A stretch of 64,000 nucleotides of DNA, from positions 53,557 through 117,556 of the forward strand of contig CAVJWL010000001.1 of the NCBI GenBank assembly GCA_963653505.1, read 5' to 3'. Origin of the DNA: an uncultured Prevotellaceae bacterium (lineage in GTDB: Bacteria; Bacillota_I; Bacilli_A; RFN20; CAG-288). Made by a program: the position numbers and the translations under genes. Position 1 is the stretch's first letter. Each line of letters begins with the position of its first letter. Shown here one piece after another: positions 48,790 to 58,735 of this stretch. The notes under the pieces are model-generated. The model was not told where the DNA came from, ran no database searches, and was given only the letters and a program-made list of their open reading frames with translations.

Positions 48790-50127
48790 ATGTCTGAATT
48801 TAATGAATTATTCAATGATGAAGAAATAATGGCGACAAACGCCAAAATCAAAGTTATCGGTGTCGGTGGTGCTGGTTGTAATGCTGTAAATCAAATGATC
48901 AACGATAAAAAAGATCTCATCGAATATATCGTTGTCAACACTGATGGCCAAGCACTTGCCAATAGCGAATGCAGAAATAAATATGTCTTAGGTAAGAATA
49001 TCACCAAAGGCTTAGGGGCTGGGGGTAATCCAGAGGTAGGAAAACAAGCTGCTGAAGATTCATATTCTGATTTACAGCTTCTTGTCAAAGATTCCGATAT
49101 GGTCTTCATCGCTTGCGGTGAAGGCGGTGGTACAGGTACAGGTGCTGCTCCTGTTGTTGCCAAAGCTGCAAGAGAAATTGGAGCCTTGATTCTTGCAATT
49201 GTCACCCGTCCTTTCAATATGGAAGGAAGAGACAGAAGATTGAATGCTATCCAAGGAATTTCCGAACTCAAAAAGTATGTCGACGCTTTGATCATCGTCT
49301 CCAATGATAAATTAGTCTTCAATAACGGCAATGGTTCTTTAAGAGCTGCTTTTAAAAATGCCGATGCCGTCTTAGCTGAATCTGTTAAAACCGTCACTGA
49401 TATCATTCTCAAAAACGGAATCATCAATCTCGATTTTGCTGATGTCAAAGCTACTCTTTCAAATCGCGGAGTTTGTCTTATCGGTATCGGTACTGGTACA
49501 GGCGAGAAAAAAGCTATCGATGCCGCTAATAACGCCATCAATTCTCCATTCTTAGAAGCTAGCATCAAAGGCGCTAAAAATATGATCGTCAACTTCATCA
49601 CCGGAGATGATTGCTCACTTAAAGAAATCAATTATGCCATCGATTATATCAATGAACAGGCCGGTAATGAAACCAACATCATCATGGGACTTCAACATGA
49701 TGATTCTTATAAAGATAAAGTCACGATTTCCATCATCGCCACTAATTTCCCTGATGATTTAGATTTGACAAGCGATCATCAAACCTTAGAGAGAACAACT
49801 GACTTTGATATGATCAAAGAGAAAGTTCAACCTGTTTCTAAAGCTGAGAGCAAATTGAAAGAAGATAGAACTTCTTCTCCACTTCCAGATTATCTTAAGA
49901 GCGTGTTCAGTAAGAATAAACCTTCTACTTCTAGTGTTGTTGAAGAAAACATAAAAGAGAAGAAAGAAGCTGAATTCAAAGTTGAAAGCATAAAAACAGC
50001 TGATGAACCTAAGAAGGTTGTCTCCGATAATGATTTTGTGATCGAAGATAAAAAAGAAAAAGCAGTCGAAGAAGATAAAGAAGATTATTTTGAAGATGAT
50101 GACACTGTCATCATCCCGATTGATTGA
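48790..50127 (+). CDS. ftsZ: Cell division GTPase FtsZ
   Basis: Tubulin signature GGGTGTG. IKVIGVGGAGCNAVN N-terminus. Long K/E-rich C-terminal linker ending in ...DDDTVIIPID. Confidence 0.95.
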   Translation: MSEFNELFNDEEIMATNAKIKVIGVGGAGCNAVNQMINDKKDLIEYIVVNTDGQALANSECRNKYVLGKNITKGLGAGGNPEVGKQAAEDSYSDLQLLVKDSDMVFIACGEGGGTGTGAAPVVAKAAREIGALILAIVTRPFNMEGRDRRLNAIQGISELKKYVDALIIVSNDKLVFNNGNGSLRAAFKNADAVLAESVKTVTDIILKNGIINLDFADVKATLSNRGVCLIGIGTGTGEKKAIDAANNAINSPFLEASIKGAKNMIVNFITGDDCSLKEINYAIDYINEQAGNETNIIMGLQHDDSYKDKVTISIIATNFPDDLDLTSDHQTLERTTDFDMIKEKVQPVSKAESKLKEDRTSSPLPDYLKSVFSKNKPSTSSVVEENIKEKKEAEFKVESIKTADEPKKVVSDNDFVIEDKKEKAVEEDKEDYFEDDDTVIIPID

Positions 50128-50137
50128 GGTGTGTTTT

Positions 50138-51184
50138 ATGACAATTAACGAATTTAAAGAAAAGAAAGAAGAATTGATCTCCAAAGCTAAAAATTCCATC
50201 CATGAAGTCAACGATAAATTATCTTTGAACAATTTCAAAGGTCAATTCTTAGGAAAGAAGAGTGAATTAACCTCTTTCTATTCCATGATGAAAGATATCA
50301 AAAATGAAGAGAAGAAAGAGTTTGGTCAATCTCTTGGTGAACTCAAAAACACTCTCACATCCATTTTTGAAAGCAAAGAAAAAGAACTCAATGATGCTGA
50401 ATTGAAGAAGAAATTAGAATCATCCAAAGTTGATATCACTCTTCCTGGCAATGGTAATTTTGATGGCAGCAAGAATCCATTTTATGCTGTTGTCGATGAT
50501 ATTTCAGATTTCTTTGCTGGCTTAGGATATATTGTAGTCAATGGTCCAGAAGTTGAATCCGATACCAACAATTTCGAACTTTTGAACATTCCAAAAGATC
50601 ATCCAGCAAGAGATATGCAAGATACTTTTGTCATCGATCCTAACACTGTTCTTCGTTCTCAAACCTCCGCTATCCAAGCTCGTTATATGGCCTTTGCTAA
50701 AGGTCAAGGACCGGTTAAAATCATCTCTCCTGGTAAGGTTTACCGCCGTGATAATGATGCCACCCATTCTCATCAATTTGGACAGATAGAAGGTTTAGTC
50801 ATCTCTGAAGATGTGACCTTTGCTAACTTGATGGAAACATTAACTGCCTTACTTCGCCATCTTTTCGGTGAAAAGAGAGAAGTCAGATTCCGTCCGTCTT
50901 TCTTCCCATTCACAGAACCGAGTGTTGAAGCTGATATTTCTTGTTTCAACTGCCAAGGAAAGGGATGTTCTCTTTGCAAACACACCGGCTGGATTGAAAT
51001 TCTCGGAGCTGGTATGGTACATCCAAATGTTTTAAGACTCAACGGCTTTGATGATACTAAATATCAAGGTATCGCTTTTGGTATCGGTATCGATAGAGTA
51101 GCAATGCTCAAATATGGTATCGATGATATCAAACGTTTCTATACCGGTGATGTCAAATTCTTAAAACAATTCAGAAAGGAATAA
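50138..51184 (+). CDS. pheS: Phenylalanine--tRNA ligase alpha subunit
   Basis: GAGGTG Shine-Dalgarno sequence; the ATG lies 10 nt after the ftsZ stop (track start 50090 is TTG). Class II motifs FRPSFFPFTEPS and GAGMVHP. Confidence 0.93.
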   Translation: MTINEFKEKKEELISKAKNSIHEVNDKLSLNNFKGQFLGKKSELTSFYSMMKDIKNEEKKEFGQSLGELKNTLTSIFESKEKELNDAELKKKLESSKVDITLPGNGNFDGSKNPFYAVVDDISDFFAGLGYIVVNGPEVESDTNNFELLNIPKDHPARDMQDTFVIDPNTVLRSQTSAIQARYMAFAKGQGPVKIISPGKVYRRDNDATHSHQFGQIEGLVISEDVTFANLMETLTALLRHLFGEKREVRFRPSFFPFTEPSVEADISCFNCQGKGCSLCKHTGWIEILGAGMVHPNVLRLNGFDDTKYQGIAFGIGIDRVAMLKYGIDDIKRFYTGDVKFLKQFRKE

Positions 51185-51189
51185 GACCT

Positions 51190-53568
51190 ATGTTATTTTC
51201 ATATAAATTATTATCTGAATTAGTCGATTTATCTTCAACCACTGTTGAACAAGTTAGAGATAGACTCACCTTTTCGGGTTTTGAAGTTGAAGAATTATAT
51301 CCCCTTGCTAGTGGCACAAAACTTTGCATCGGTGAAATTTTAACTTGTGTCAACCATCCAGATAGCGACCATCTTCACTGTTTAACAGTCGATTTAGGTC
51401 CAACTCTTGGAATCAAAGATATCGTCTGTGGTGCTCCTAATGCAAGAGCTGGTATCAAAGTCATTGTCGCTTTAGAAGGATGTTTTCTCCCGGCTTTGAA
51501 TGAGACCATCAAAAAAGGTGTCATCAGAGGTAAAGAGAGCAATGGTATGTGCTGTTCTCTTTTAGAACTTGGAGTCAAAGAAGATTATTTAGATGAAAAT
51601 TCTCCATCTAAAAATGGAATCGAAGAACTTCCTTTAGATGCTGAAGTAGGAAATACTGAAGTATTGAAATATTTAGGACTTGACGATTATGTTTTAGATA
51701 TCAATGTCCTTCCTAATCGTCCAGACTGTCTTTCTTATTACGGAATGGCAAGAGAAATCGCTGCTCTTTTATCTTTGAAAATGAAAGAAGCCCCGACCTT
51801 TGATTTCTCTAAGATTGAAAAGAAATTGGATGTAAAAAGTTCAACTGATGCTTGCTCTAGATTCGATATCTTGAGAATCACTGATGTCAAGGTCAAAAAG
51901 GAAACTAACAAGAGAATTAAAAATTATTTGACTGCCTCTGGTATAAGACCTGTCTCTCCGATTGTCGATATCGGTAATTTCTCAATGCTTCTTTCTGGCC
52001 AACCACTCAATATGTACGATGGTAAGGTCAACGAAAAAGGTGATTATGATGTTATCGATTCTTTAGATGGTGTCAAAGTCAAAACCTTTGATGAAAAGGA
52101 ATTAGAACTCAAAAAAGACGATCTTGTTGTCACTTGTTCTTCTATTCCAACAAGTGTTGGCGGTATTATGGCATTAGATAGTGCTTCAATCACTTCAAAT
52201 ACCACTGATTTTGATATTGAAGCTGCTTGTTTTTATCATGTCAATATCCGTCATACATCTGCTCGTCTTGGATTATCAAGCCCATCAAGTCAATTGTTTG
52301 GCAAAGAAAGAAATCCTTTGATGATCGATGAAGCTCTAGCTATCACTATCTCTTTGCTCGATGACTTCCTCGATGAATATAAAATCACAGCTTACGGCAG
52401 TTATAACGCTGTTAAAAAATCTGATACCGGAGTCAGTTTCTCCCTTGAAAAACTCAACCATCGTTTAGGTGGTAGTTACACTCAAGAAGAAGTTGATGCT
52501 GTTTTAAAATCTTATCGCGTTGAGAAAAAAGACGGACTTTTATATCCGCCAGTCGATAGAGTCGACTTATTAGAACAATGCGATTTTGAAGAAGAAGTCT
52601 ATCGTTATTACGGTTCTAGCAAGCTCATCCCTACTTTTGAAAATTATCCGATAACCACAGGTGGATTATCTGAAGAACAAAAGAAGAGAAGAGAACTCAG
52701 AGAAATGCTCATCTCCTTAGGCTTTGATGAAATCATCTCTTTCACTCTCATCGATGAAAAGATGGATAAGATGATTAGAGTTTTCAATAACAATGAAAGT
52801 TATCGTTTGAAAAATCCGATGACCAAAGATCATGAAATCATCCGTTCTGATCTTCTTTCTTCTATGCTTCAAACTATGGATTACAACCTAAATCATAACA
52901 ATCCTGATTTGAGATTGTTTGAAATTTCCAATGTCGATAATCCAAAAGCTGGAAGCCATTTATATCTCTCTTTAGGATTATTAGGAAAGAGATATGAATG
53001 CGAAAATTATTCTGGAAAAGAATACGATTTCTTCGATATGAAAGGAATCATCACTTCTATCTTCAATAAGATTGGAATTCCTGAGAATAGATACCGTATC
53101 AATTATTCGAAGAATCCAAGTTTCCATCCGTATTCTAGTGTCGATGTTTATATCGGAAAAGATTTGGTTGGAACTTATGGTAAGATTCATCCATCCCTTA
53201 GAAAAGACAATGTCTATCTTGCTGAACTTGATTTAGGATATCTTCTCTCTTTAAAGGGATTAAAGACTAAATTTACTAAGTTCTCAAGTGAAACCATCGT
53301 CAGAAGAGATATATCTTTCAAGATGAAAGAAGATATTTCTTATAAGAAACTTCTCGATACTATCAAAGGAGTCAAAGACACTTATTTAGATCATGTCTCT
53401 CTCTTTGATAAATTTGTCGATGAAAAGACCGATGATTCTTATCTTGGTGTCTCTCTTTATTTCCAAAGAGAAGGAAAGACATTAAAAGGTGAAGAAATCG
53501 ATGATTCCGTTTCAAGAATTGTAAATGCAGTCAAAGCTAATTTAGGACTTTCTAGAAGAGGTGAATGA
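51190..53568 (+). CDS. pheT: Phenylalanine--tRNA ligase beta subunit
   Basis: The ATG lies 5 nt after the pheS stop. tRNA-binding N-terminal domain, B3/4 domain and B5 domain. Confidence 0.93.
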   Translation: MLFSYKLLSELVDLSSTTVEQVRDRLTFSGFEVEELYPLASGTKLCIGEILTCVNHPDSDHLHCLTVDLGPTLGIKDIVCGAPNARAGIKVIVALEGCFLPALNETIKKGVIRGKESNGMCCSLLELGVKEDYLDENSPSKNGIEELPLDAEVGNTEVLKYLGLDDYVLDINVLPNRPDCLSYYGMAREIAALLSLKMKEAPTFDFSKIEKKLDVKSSTDACSRFDILRITDVKVKKETNKRIKNYLTASGIRPVSPIVDIGNFSMLLSGQPLNMYDGKVNEKGDYDVIDSLDGVKVKTFDEKELELKKDDLVVTCSSIPTSVGGIMALDSASITSNTTDFDIEAACFYHVNIRHTSARLGLSSPSSQLFGKERNPLMIDEALAITISLLDDFLDEYKITAYGSYNAVKKSDTGVSFSLEKLNHRLGGSYTQEEVDAVLKSYRVEKKDGLLYPPVDRVDLLEQCDFEEEVYRYYGSSKLIPTFENYPITTGGLSEEQKKRRELREMLISLGFDEIISFTLIDEKMDKMIRVFNNNESYRLKNPMTKDHEIIRSDLLSSMLQTMDYNLNHNNPDLRLFEISNVDNPKAGSHLYLSLGLLGKRYECENYSGKEYDFFDMKGIITSIFNKIGIPENRYRINYSKNPSFHPYSSVDVYIGKDLVGTYGKIHPSLRKDNVYLAELDLGYLLSLKGLKTKFTKFSSETIVRRDISFKMKEDISYKKLLDTIKGVKDTYLDHVSLFDKFVDEKTDDSYLGVSLYFQREGKTLKGEEIDDSVSRIVNAVKANLGLSRRGE

Positions 53569-54071
53569 TGATCGATGATATCCGTATTCCTCTTGTATTA
53601 AATAACGGCGATAAAAATAACCAACAAGTAGAACTCGATATTGAGTTGACTGAAGATGAAAAGAAAGCTTTCAGCAATACTGTTGATGAATTTCAAAGCA
53701 TCCATGTAAGTTATTCTTTAAGCGGCAATCAAAGTTGCTTTGTTGTTTATCTTTCGTTAAATGCTGATATCGATTATATCGACGCTCATGATACAACTAG
53801 AATTGATGAATTAGAAATTGAAAACGAAATCGAACTTACTATACTTCCAAATGACGAAGAAAATAGCGATATCGTCAAAGATAAAGACGGAATCTACGAC
53901 CTCCGTCCATCGATTTTGGGACTTCTTTATTCTTCGATTCCAAATAATTACAGCGAGATTGAAAATGATTCGAATTCCGAATTCAAAGTCATGAGTGAAG
54001 AAGAATATCAAAAAGAGAAGAAGGCTTCTAATTCTCCCTTTGCTAGTTTAGATTCTTTAGATTTAGAATAA
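53565..54071 (+). CDS. Hypothetical acidic cytoplasmic protein (168 aa), translationally coupled to pheT
   Basis: ATGA overlap with the pheT stop. D/E-rich. No known motif recognised. Confidence 0.55.
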   Translation: MMIDDIRIPLVLNNGDKNNQQVELDIELTEDEKKAFSNTVDEFQSIHVSYSLSGNQSCFVVYLSLNADIDYIDAHDTTRIDELEIENEIELTILPNDEENSDIVKDKDGIYDLRPSILGLLYSSIPNNYSEIENDSNSEFKVMSEEEYQKEKKASNSPFASLDSLDLE

Positions 54072-54076
54072 TTTGA

Positions 54077-54117
54077 TGCATCAAGTCATAGTCATTATGA
54101 TTTTGATGCATTTTTTA
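54077..54117 (+). terminator. Rho-independent terminator
   Basis: 9-bp stem ATGCATCAA / TTGATGCAT with a 17-nt loop (GTCATAGTCATTATGATT), then T6. Confidence 0.55.
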
Positions 54118-54209
54118 TAAAATCGAATTTATGAAATTAGTATTTTTAAAAATATATCAAATGGATTATACTATTACAAGTTTTATTTAAGATAAAACTT
54201 CAAATACTT

Positions 54210-55208
54210 ATGGAAAATAAAGTTAAAAAAATTGATTGGGAACGACAAAAATATTTAGCGATAATCTCCTTGATTCAGCTTGCTTTATCAATCGGTTTAT
54301 TTTCGATTGGAAAATATGTTCCGAATTTGCATTTTGAATCTGGCGGATTTTTAAACCTTAGCTTGATTCCTCTCATCTTGAATTCTTTGATCTCTGGACC
54401 GATATACGGGACTTTGACTGGGCTTTTATTCGCTTTGTTCAATATCATCCTCGACACGGCTTTTTCTTTCAGTTGGTATGTCCTTGTTTTTGATTATATC
54501 TTAGTATCGGCATTGGTCGGATTTTGTTCATCCTTCAGAAAGACATATTACGAAAATAAACCTCGCTGTTTCTTCTTTGCTTCTTTATTATATTTCATTT
54601 TGACGATGGTCTGTCATATCGTCTCTGATTTGATGGTCAAGGTCTATACTAACGATAACTCTTTCAATTTCAATGTCTTTTTGAGCAGCAACGATTATCT
54701 GAATATCTTCTTATATAATCTTGGATATTTAGTGCCGTCCTTTATCTTATCTATTGTCATCTTGTTTTTCTTATCATATCCCCTATTCATGTTCAATTCT
54801 CATCCTATAATGAGAAAAGTGAGATATAAGAAAGCTAAATACGACGAAGAAGAAATGAAGTTGAATTTGAGAAAGACTGGCGATGTTTCCAATATGAATA
54901 TCTTGGTTTTGAATACTCTCTATGCTAGTTTATTATTCATTCCGATGTTTTTAAAAAATCATTCGAGATTTTTAGGACTCAGCATCCTTTCTTTCTTGAT
55001 AATTTCGACGATGGGAATTGTCGCAATCAGTTTATATAAATTTATGGAAGATAAAATCAGCAACAACACTTTGAAGAATTTTTCTCAGTTGCAATTAAAA
55101 ATCTTCAACAAATCATATAAATATGATATCTTTGTATGTGTTTATGCCTTAGTGCCTTTGATTTTATCAATCATCGGCTTTATCAGATTTGCAGTTTATT
55201 TGTCATAA
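54210..55208 (+). CDS. Hypothetical polytopic membrane protein (about 8 TM helices)
   Basis: Long ORF with regular hydrophobic helices. No Shine-Dalgarno sequence is evident. Function unknown. Confidence 0.6.
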   Translation: MENKVKKIDWERQKYLAIISLIQLALSIGLFSIGKYVPNLHFESGGFLNLSLIPLILNSLISGPIYGTLTGLLFALFNIILDTAFSFSWYVLVFDYILVSALVGFCSSFRKTYYENKPRCFFFASLLYFILTMVCHIVSDLMVKVYTNDNSFNFNVFLSSNDYLNIFLYNLGYLVPSFILSIVILFFLSYPLFMFNSHPIMRKVRYKKAKYDEEEMKLNLRKTGDVSNMNILVLNTLYASLLFIPMFLKNHSRFLGLSILSFLIISTMGIVAISLYKFMEDKISNNTLKNFSQLQLKIFNKSYKYDIFVCVYALVPLILSIIGFIRFAVYLS

Positions 55209-55223
55209 AGGAAAGGAAAAATT

Positions 55224-56723
55224 ATGAATTTAAATAAAAGACAAAATGGTATCTTATTACCGATTTCATCACTTCCATCACCTCATGGCGTTGGAACGAT
55301 GGGTAAAGCAGCCTATGACTTTGTTGACTTTATGTATAAAAGCAATGCTCAAGTTTGGCAAATGCTCCCTTTGAATCCGACAAGTTATGGAGATAGTCCT
55401 TATCAATCATTCACTAGCAATGGATTGAATTATTATTTCATCGACTTAGATATTCTCGTTGAAAAGAAATTGTTGAAGAAAGAAGAAATCATCGATAAAG
55501 ATTTTTATTATGATGAGAGAAAAGTTGATTATTCATTGCTTTTCAAAAATAGAATCAACTTATTACAAAAAGCCTTTGCAAGATTTGATGTTGAAAATCC
55601 TGAATTCAAACAATTTGAAAAGGAAGGAAAATATAAAGATTTTGCTTTCTATATCACCTTGAAATCATTGATGAATTATCGCCCATGGTATGAATGGGAT
55701 GAAGAATATAGAAAATACAGTTTTGTCATTGAAAATAAGGTTATCAAAGAGAATTATAAAACTTATTTATTCTATCTCTGGACCCAATTTGAATTCTTGA
55801 ATCAATATAAGGCCTTGAAGAAATACGCCAATGAAAAAGGAATCTCTATCATGGGAGATATGCCTTTATATTTGGCTAGAGATTCTGTTGAAGCTTATAA
55901 ATATCCATTTATGTTCCTTTTTGATAAAGAATTAAAACCGACCTTAGTCGCTGGTTGTCCTCCTGATTATTTTTCTGGGAACGGACAATTATGGGGAAAT
56001 CCTATTTACAATTGGAAATTGATGGAAAAGAACAACTATCTCTGGTTCCGTCAAAGAATTTTGAATAATCTTGAGATTTTCGATATTTTGAGAATCGATC
56101 ATTTCCGTGGATTATCTGGATATTATGTCATTCCATTCGGGCTTAAGACAGCTAGAGTCGGTCAATGGAGAAAAGGGCCTGGTATAGCCTTATTTAAAGG
56201 TCTCACCGAACTTCCAATCATCGCTGAAGATTTAGGTTTGATCGATGATGATGTAAGAAAGCTACTTTTTGATACGGGATTCCCAGGAATGAAAGTCTTA
56301 GAATTTGCCTTTGACGGCAATGATGCTAACGAACATTTACCATCTAATACTACTAAAAATTCTGTCGCTTACACCGGAACCCATGATAATGAACCATTAT
56401 TAGGATATCTCAAAGGTTTGAATTCAAGTGCTTTGAATCTTTATAAGCAATCTCTATTGAGACAATGCAAATTATTTAATGTGGAATATGATGTTGAAAA
56501 TCTTGAAGACATCGTCAAGACCACTATCAAATTGACTTATGCTGATGTTTCAAATACAGCTATCATTCCTTTACAAGATCTTCTTTGCTTAGGAAATGAA
56601 GCAAGAATCAATACTCCAAGTCAAGTAGACGGTAAAAACTGGGTTTGGAGAAGTGTCAAATCCGATTACAGCGATGAAGTGTCTAATTTTATCAAAGAAA
56701 ATACCACTAGATACAAACGTTAA
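55224..56723 (+). CDS. malQ: 4-alpha-glucanotransferase (amylomaltase, GH77)
   Basis: GGAAAGGAAAA Shine-Dalgarno-like sequence. N-terminus GILLPISSLPSPHGVGTMG. Conserved GH77 regions LRIDHFRG and IIAEDLG. Confidence 0.93.
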   Translation: MNLNKRQNGILLPISSLPSPHGVGTMGKAAYDFVDFMYKSNAQVWQMLPLNPTSYGDSPYQSFTSNGLNYYFIDLDILVEKKLLKKEEIIDKDFYYDERKVDYSLLFKNRINLLQKAFARFDVENPEFKQFEKEGKYKDFAFYITLKSLMNYRPWYEWDEEYRKYSFVIENKVIKENYKTYLFYLWTQFEFLNQYKALKKYANEKGISIMGDMPLYLARDSVEAYKYPFMFLFDKELKPTLVAGCPPDYFSGNGQLWGNPIYNWKLMEKNNYLWFRQRILNNLEIFDILRIDHFRGLSGYYVIPFGLKTARVGQWRKGPGIALFKGLTELPIIAEDLGLIDDDVRKLLFDTGFPGMKVLEFAFDGNDANEHLPSNTTKNSVAYTGTHDNEPLLGYLKGLNSSALNLYKQSLLRQCKLFNVEYDVENLEDIVKTTIKLTYADVSNTAIIPLQDLLCLGNEARINTPSQVDGKNWVWRSVKSDYSDEVSNFIKENTTRYKR

Positions 56724-57493
56724 CGAATATAAGAGGAGCGATTTTCTAACTCCTCTTTTTTTATGTTTAAAGAAGAGTAAAAATCAGAAGTTAAAGAGTT
56801 GATATCATAATATAAATAGATATCATTTATTTTTGATGTGTCAGTATATGAAGATTGAATATCTTTAAAAGAAAGGGTTCGTTTGATATCTAAGAAAAGA
56901 GTTTTATCACTCGAGGAAATCTCAGGGTAAATTATACTTTCATTTGAAAGATCGTAATTTGAAAATTTGAAACAGTTGATGAGATTATCAGATGTATCTT
57001 TGATAAAAGGAGTCACTATTTTTAACTTTGTATCATAAGTGTAAGTTTCAATTATTTCTTTTACTTTTTCAATGCTGACATTATCTTCTCTTATATCGAC
57101 TTGCTTGAATAGTTTTCCTTCTTGGAAGAACAGAATTGCATTCTCTTTGATTGAAGGAAGAATTGAAGATTTTATAGTATCATAAATGCTTTTATTCATA
57201 TAAGGAATAAATACATCATTTGAATTTGCAAAAGCGTAAAGACTAGCATCGAACATCGAGCAAGAATCTGAACAAGATTCTGAATAGATAGATAAGAAAA
57301 AAGAAGCTTGTTTATCAATTAAAAGAGATAAAACATCTTTATCAAGGGAATACAACAAGTGATAATATTTTTTATCAATTTTAAAATTGATACCTTCGAT
57401 ATGATATAAAGGTATTTTCGTCTTGCTTTCTTTACAAGAAGGAAGGATGAATAATAGTGGTAAAATAAATTTTATAAATTTATAAGATTTCAT
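56720..57493 (-). CDS. Lipoprotein, a probable degenerate thioredoxin-fold paralogue of the upstream gene
   Basis: Signal peptide with lipobox LPSC, the same lipobox as the upstream gene. Contains CSDSC. The ATG start overlaps the upstream gene by 14 nt. Confidence 0.6.
   Translation of the reverse strand: MKSYKFIKFILPLLFILPSCKESKTKIPLYHIEGINFKIDKKYYHLLYSLDKDVLSLLIDKQASFFLSIYSESCSDSCSMFDASLYAFANSNDVFIPYMNKSIYDTIKSSILPSIKENAILFFQEGKLFKQVDIREDNVSIEKVKEIIETYTYDTKLKIVTPFIKDTSDNLINCFKFSNYDLSNESIIYPEISSSDKTLFLDIKRTLSFKDIQSSYTDTSKINDIYLYYDINSLTSDFYSSLNIKKEELENRSSYIR
56731..56762 (+). terminator. Rho-independent terminator of malQ
   Basis: Stem AAGAGGAG / CTCCTCTT with an 11-nt loop, then T8. It lies within the last 14 codons of the convergent gene on the minus strand. 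Confidence 0.8.
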
Positions 57494-58712
57494 TTAAAAA
57501 TTTGGTCAATAAATTCTTTTCTAAAGAATCTCTTTTTTCATTCAATTCTTTCAACGCTTTTTGATAGGTGGAATTTGCGCTATCTAAAGATGATACTGAA
57601 GTGTCGCTTCTGAGATTTTTTACTTCATTATAAATGCTTGTTTTGTAATAGAGTTTATCATCTGAATCGATATCGATATCGGTATCGTTTCTGAAGGTTT
57701 TTGTCGTGTGAGAAGTGCTTGTATAATAGATGATGGCCGGGGTAGCTCCTGTTTTACCATAAACATTTGAATATCCAGGAATATCGTTGATATGGTATTT
57801 GTTTGAAAATTCATACCAAATTTTTTGCCCGTAGTCTTTTTTGGTTTCATCCGTATTTCTTTTCTTTAAGAAATAACCATCGACTTCATAATAATAGGCT
57901 TTTTTCTTGTTATTATACAAAAATGGTTCGATGACTGTATTTTTGAATTCTTTGCAATCATCACATCTTTTCCAGGTGAAAACGATGAGTTTATCGTTTT
58001 CTTCATTTATTTTTTCATCTAGAGTTTCTGTATCAAACCCTAGAGTATCATCATCTTCATCACGGGATTGGACATAGTAGGCTTGAATTGTCAAAATGTT
58101 ATTTTCAATTCTTTTCAAAGTATTCAATGAATAATATTCATTATTCAAAATATATTTTGAAAGAATTTTTTCAGTATTTTTATAGTTTTTATCATCATCT
58201 GATCTATCGATTTTATTCGGAGATACATCATAAAAATGACCAGTTCTAGAATTGACAAGTTTTCCAGAATCATAAAATAACATGGTTGGAGTTCCACTGA
58301 CTTCGGGATATAATTTTGCAAAAGAACCTGTTTGATTATATGATGCTTGATAACAAGGTAAGTAGGTATAAGCATCGACAACATAAAAGATGGTCGATGT
58401 CTTATAAATATATCCGTTTGTATACTTGCCTTCTGAATCCTTATTTCCTCTGAAAGAATAATAAAGAGAATCACAGTACGAACATCCTTCTTTTGTCACG
58501 ATGATACAACAAGAATCATATCTTGCGATTTCATTGAGTTCGTTTTCTGTTTCGATGAAGACAAAAGAGTCGATGCCTTCTTTTTTGGGTAGGATTACTT
58601 TCCCATTTTTATTTATGGCGTTGCTATTTTCTTCTACTTTTTTACAACTTGGAAGAAAACAAAAAAAGGAGGTGAAAATAGGAATGAACAACAATTTATT
58701 GATGTTTTTCAT
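57480..58712 (-). CDS. Lipoprotein with two tandem thioredoxin-like domains (two CxxC motifs)
   Basis: ATG at 58712 with AAGGAGGTG upstream; the track start at 58718 is GTG. Lipobox LPSC. Domain 1: VTKEGCSYCDSL with the cis-Pro region GTPTMLFY. Domain 2: WKRCDDCKEF with ATPAIIYY. Confidence 0.7.
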   Translation of the reverse strand: MKNINKLLFIPIFTSFFCFLPSCKKVEENSNAINKNGKVILPKKEGIDSFVFIETENELNEIARYDSCCIIVTKEGCSYCDSLYYSFRGNKDSEGKYTNGYIYKTSTIFYVVDAYTYLPCYQASYNQTGSFAKLYPEVSGTPTMLFYDSGKLVNSRTGHFYDVSPNKIDRSDDDKNYKNTEKILSKYILNNEYYSLNTLKRIENNILTIQAYYVQSRDEDDDTLGFDTETLDEKINEENDKLIVFTWKRCDDCKEFKNTVIEPFLYNNKKKAYYYEVDGYFLKKRNTDETKKDYGQKIWYEFSNKYHINDIPGYSNVYGKTGATPAIIYYTSTSHTTKTFRNDTDIDIDSDDKLYYKTSIYNEVKNLRSDTSVSSLDSANSTYQKALKELNEKRDSLEKNLLTKFLNEIL

Positions 58713-58735
58713 ATTCACCTCCTTATTAATTTAGA

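Noticed and set aside
48891-49631. 246-aa minus-strand ORF, plus other antisense ORFs from the track (49786..50238, 14354..14689, 16978..17355, 63070..63408, 5629..5950, 42140..42520, 25672..25913)
   Set aside because: Each lies entirely antisense to, or out of frame within, a well-supported conserved gene (ftsZ, pheS, the ABC permease, DUF3737, glgP, the flavin reductase, secDF, the lipoprotein). They have low-complexity composition and no Shine-Dalgarno sequence, so they are six-frame artefacts.
50090-50137. Search for a T-box or attenuator upstream of pheS
   Set aside because: Only 10 nt separate the ftsZ stop from the pheS ATG, and the preceding sequence is the ftsZ C-terminal coding region. 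There is no room for a T-box. This absence is itself reported as a finding.
54073-54084. Self-complementary 12-mer TTGATGCATCAA as an operator
   Set aside because: It is better explained as the 5' arm of the terminator hairpin that pairs with the downstream TTGATGCAT copy before a T-run.
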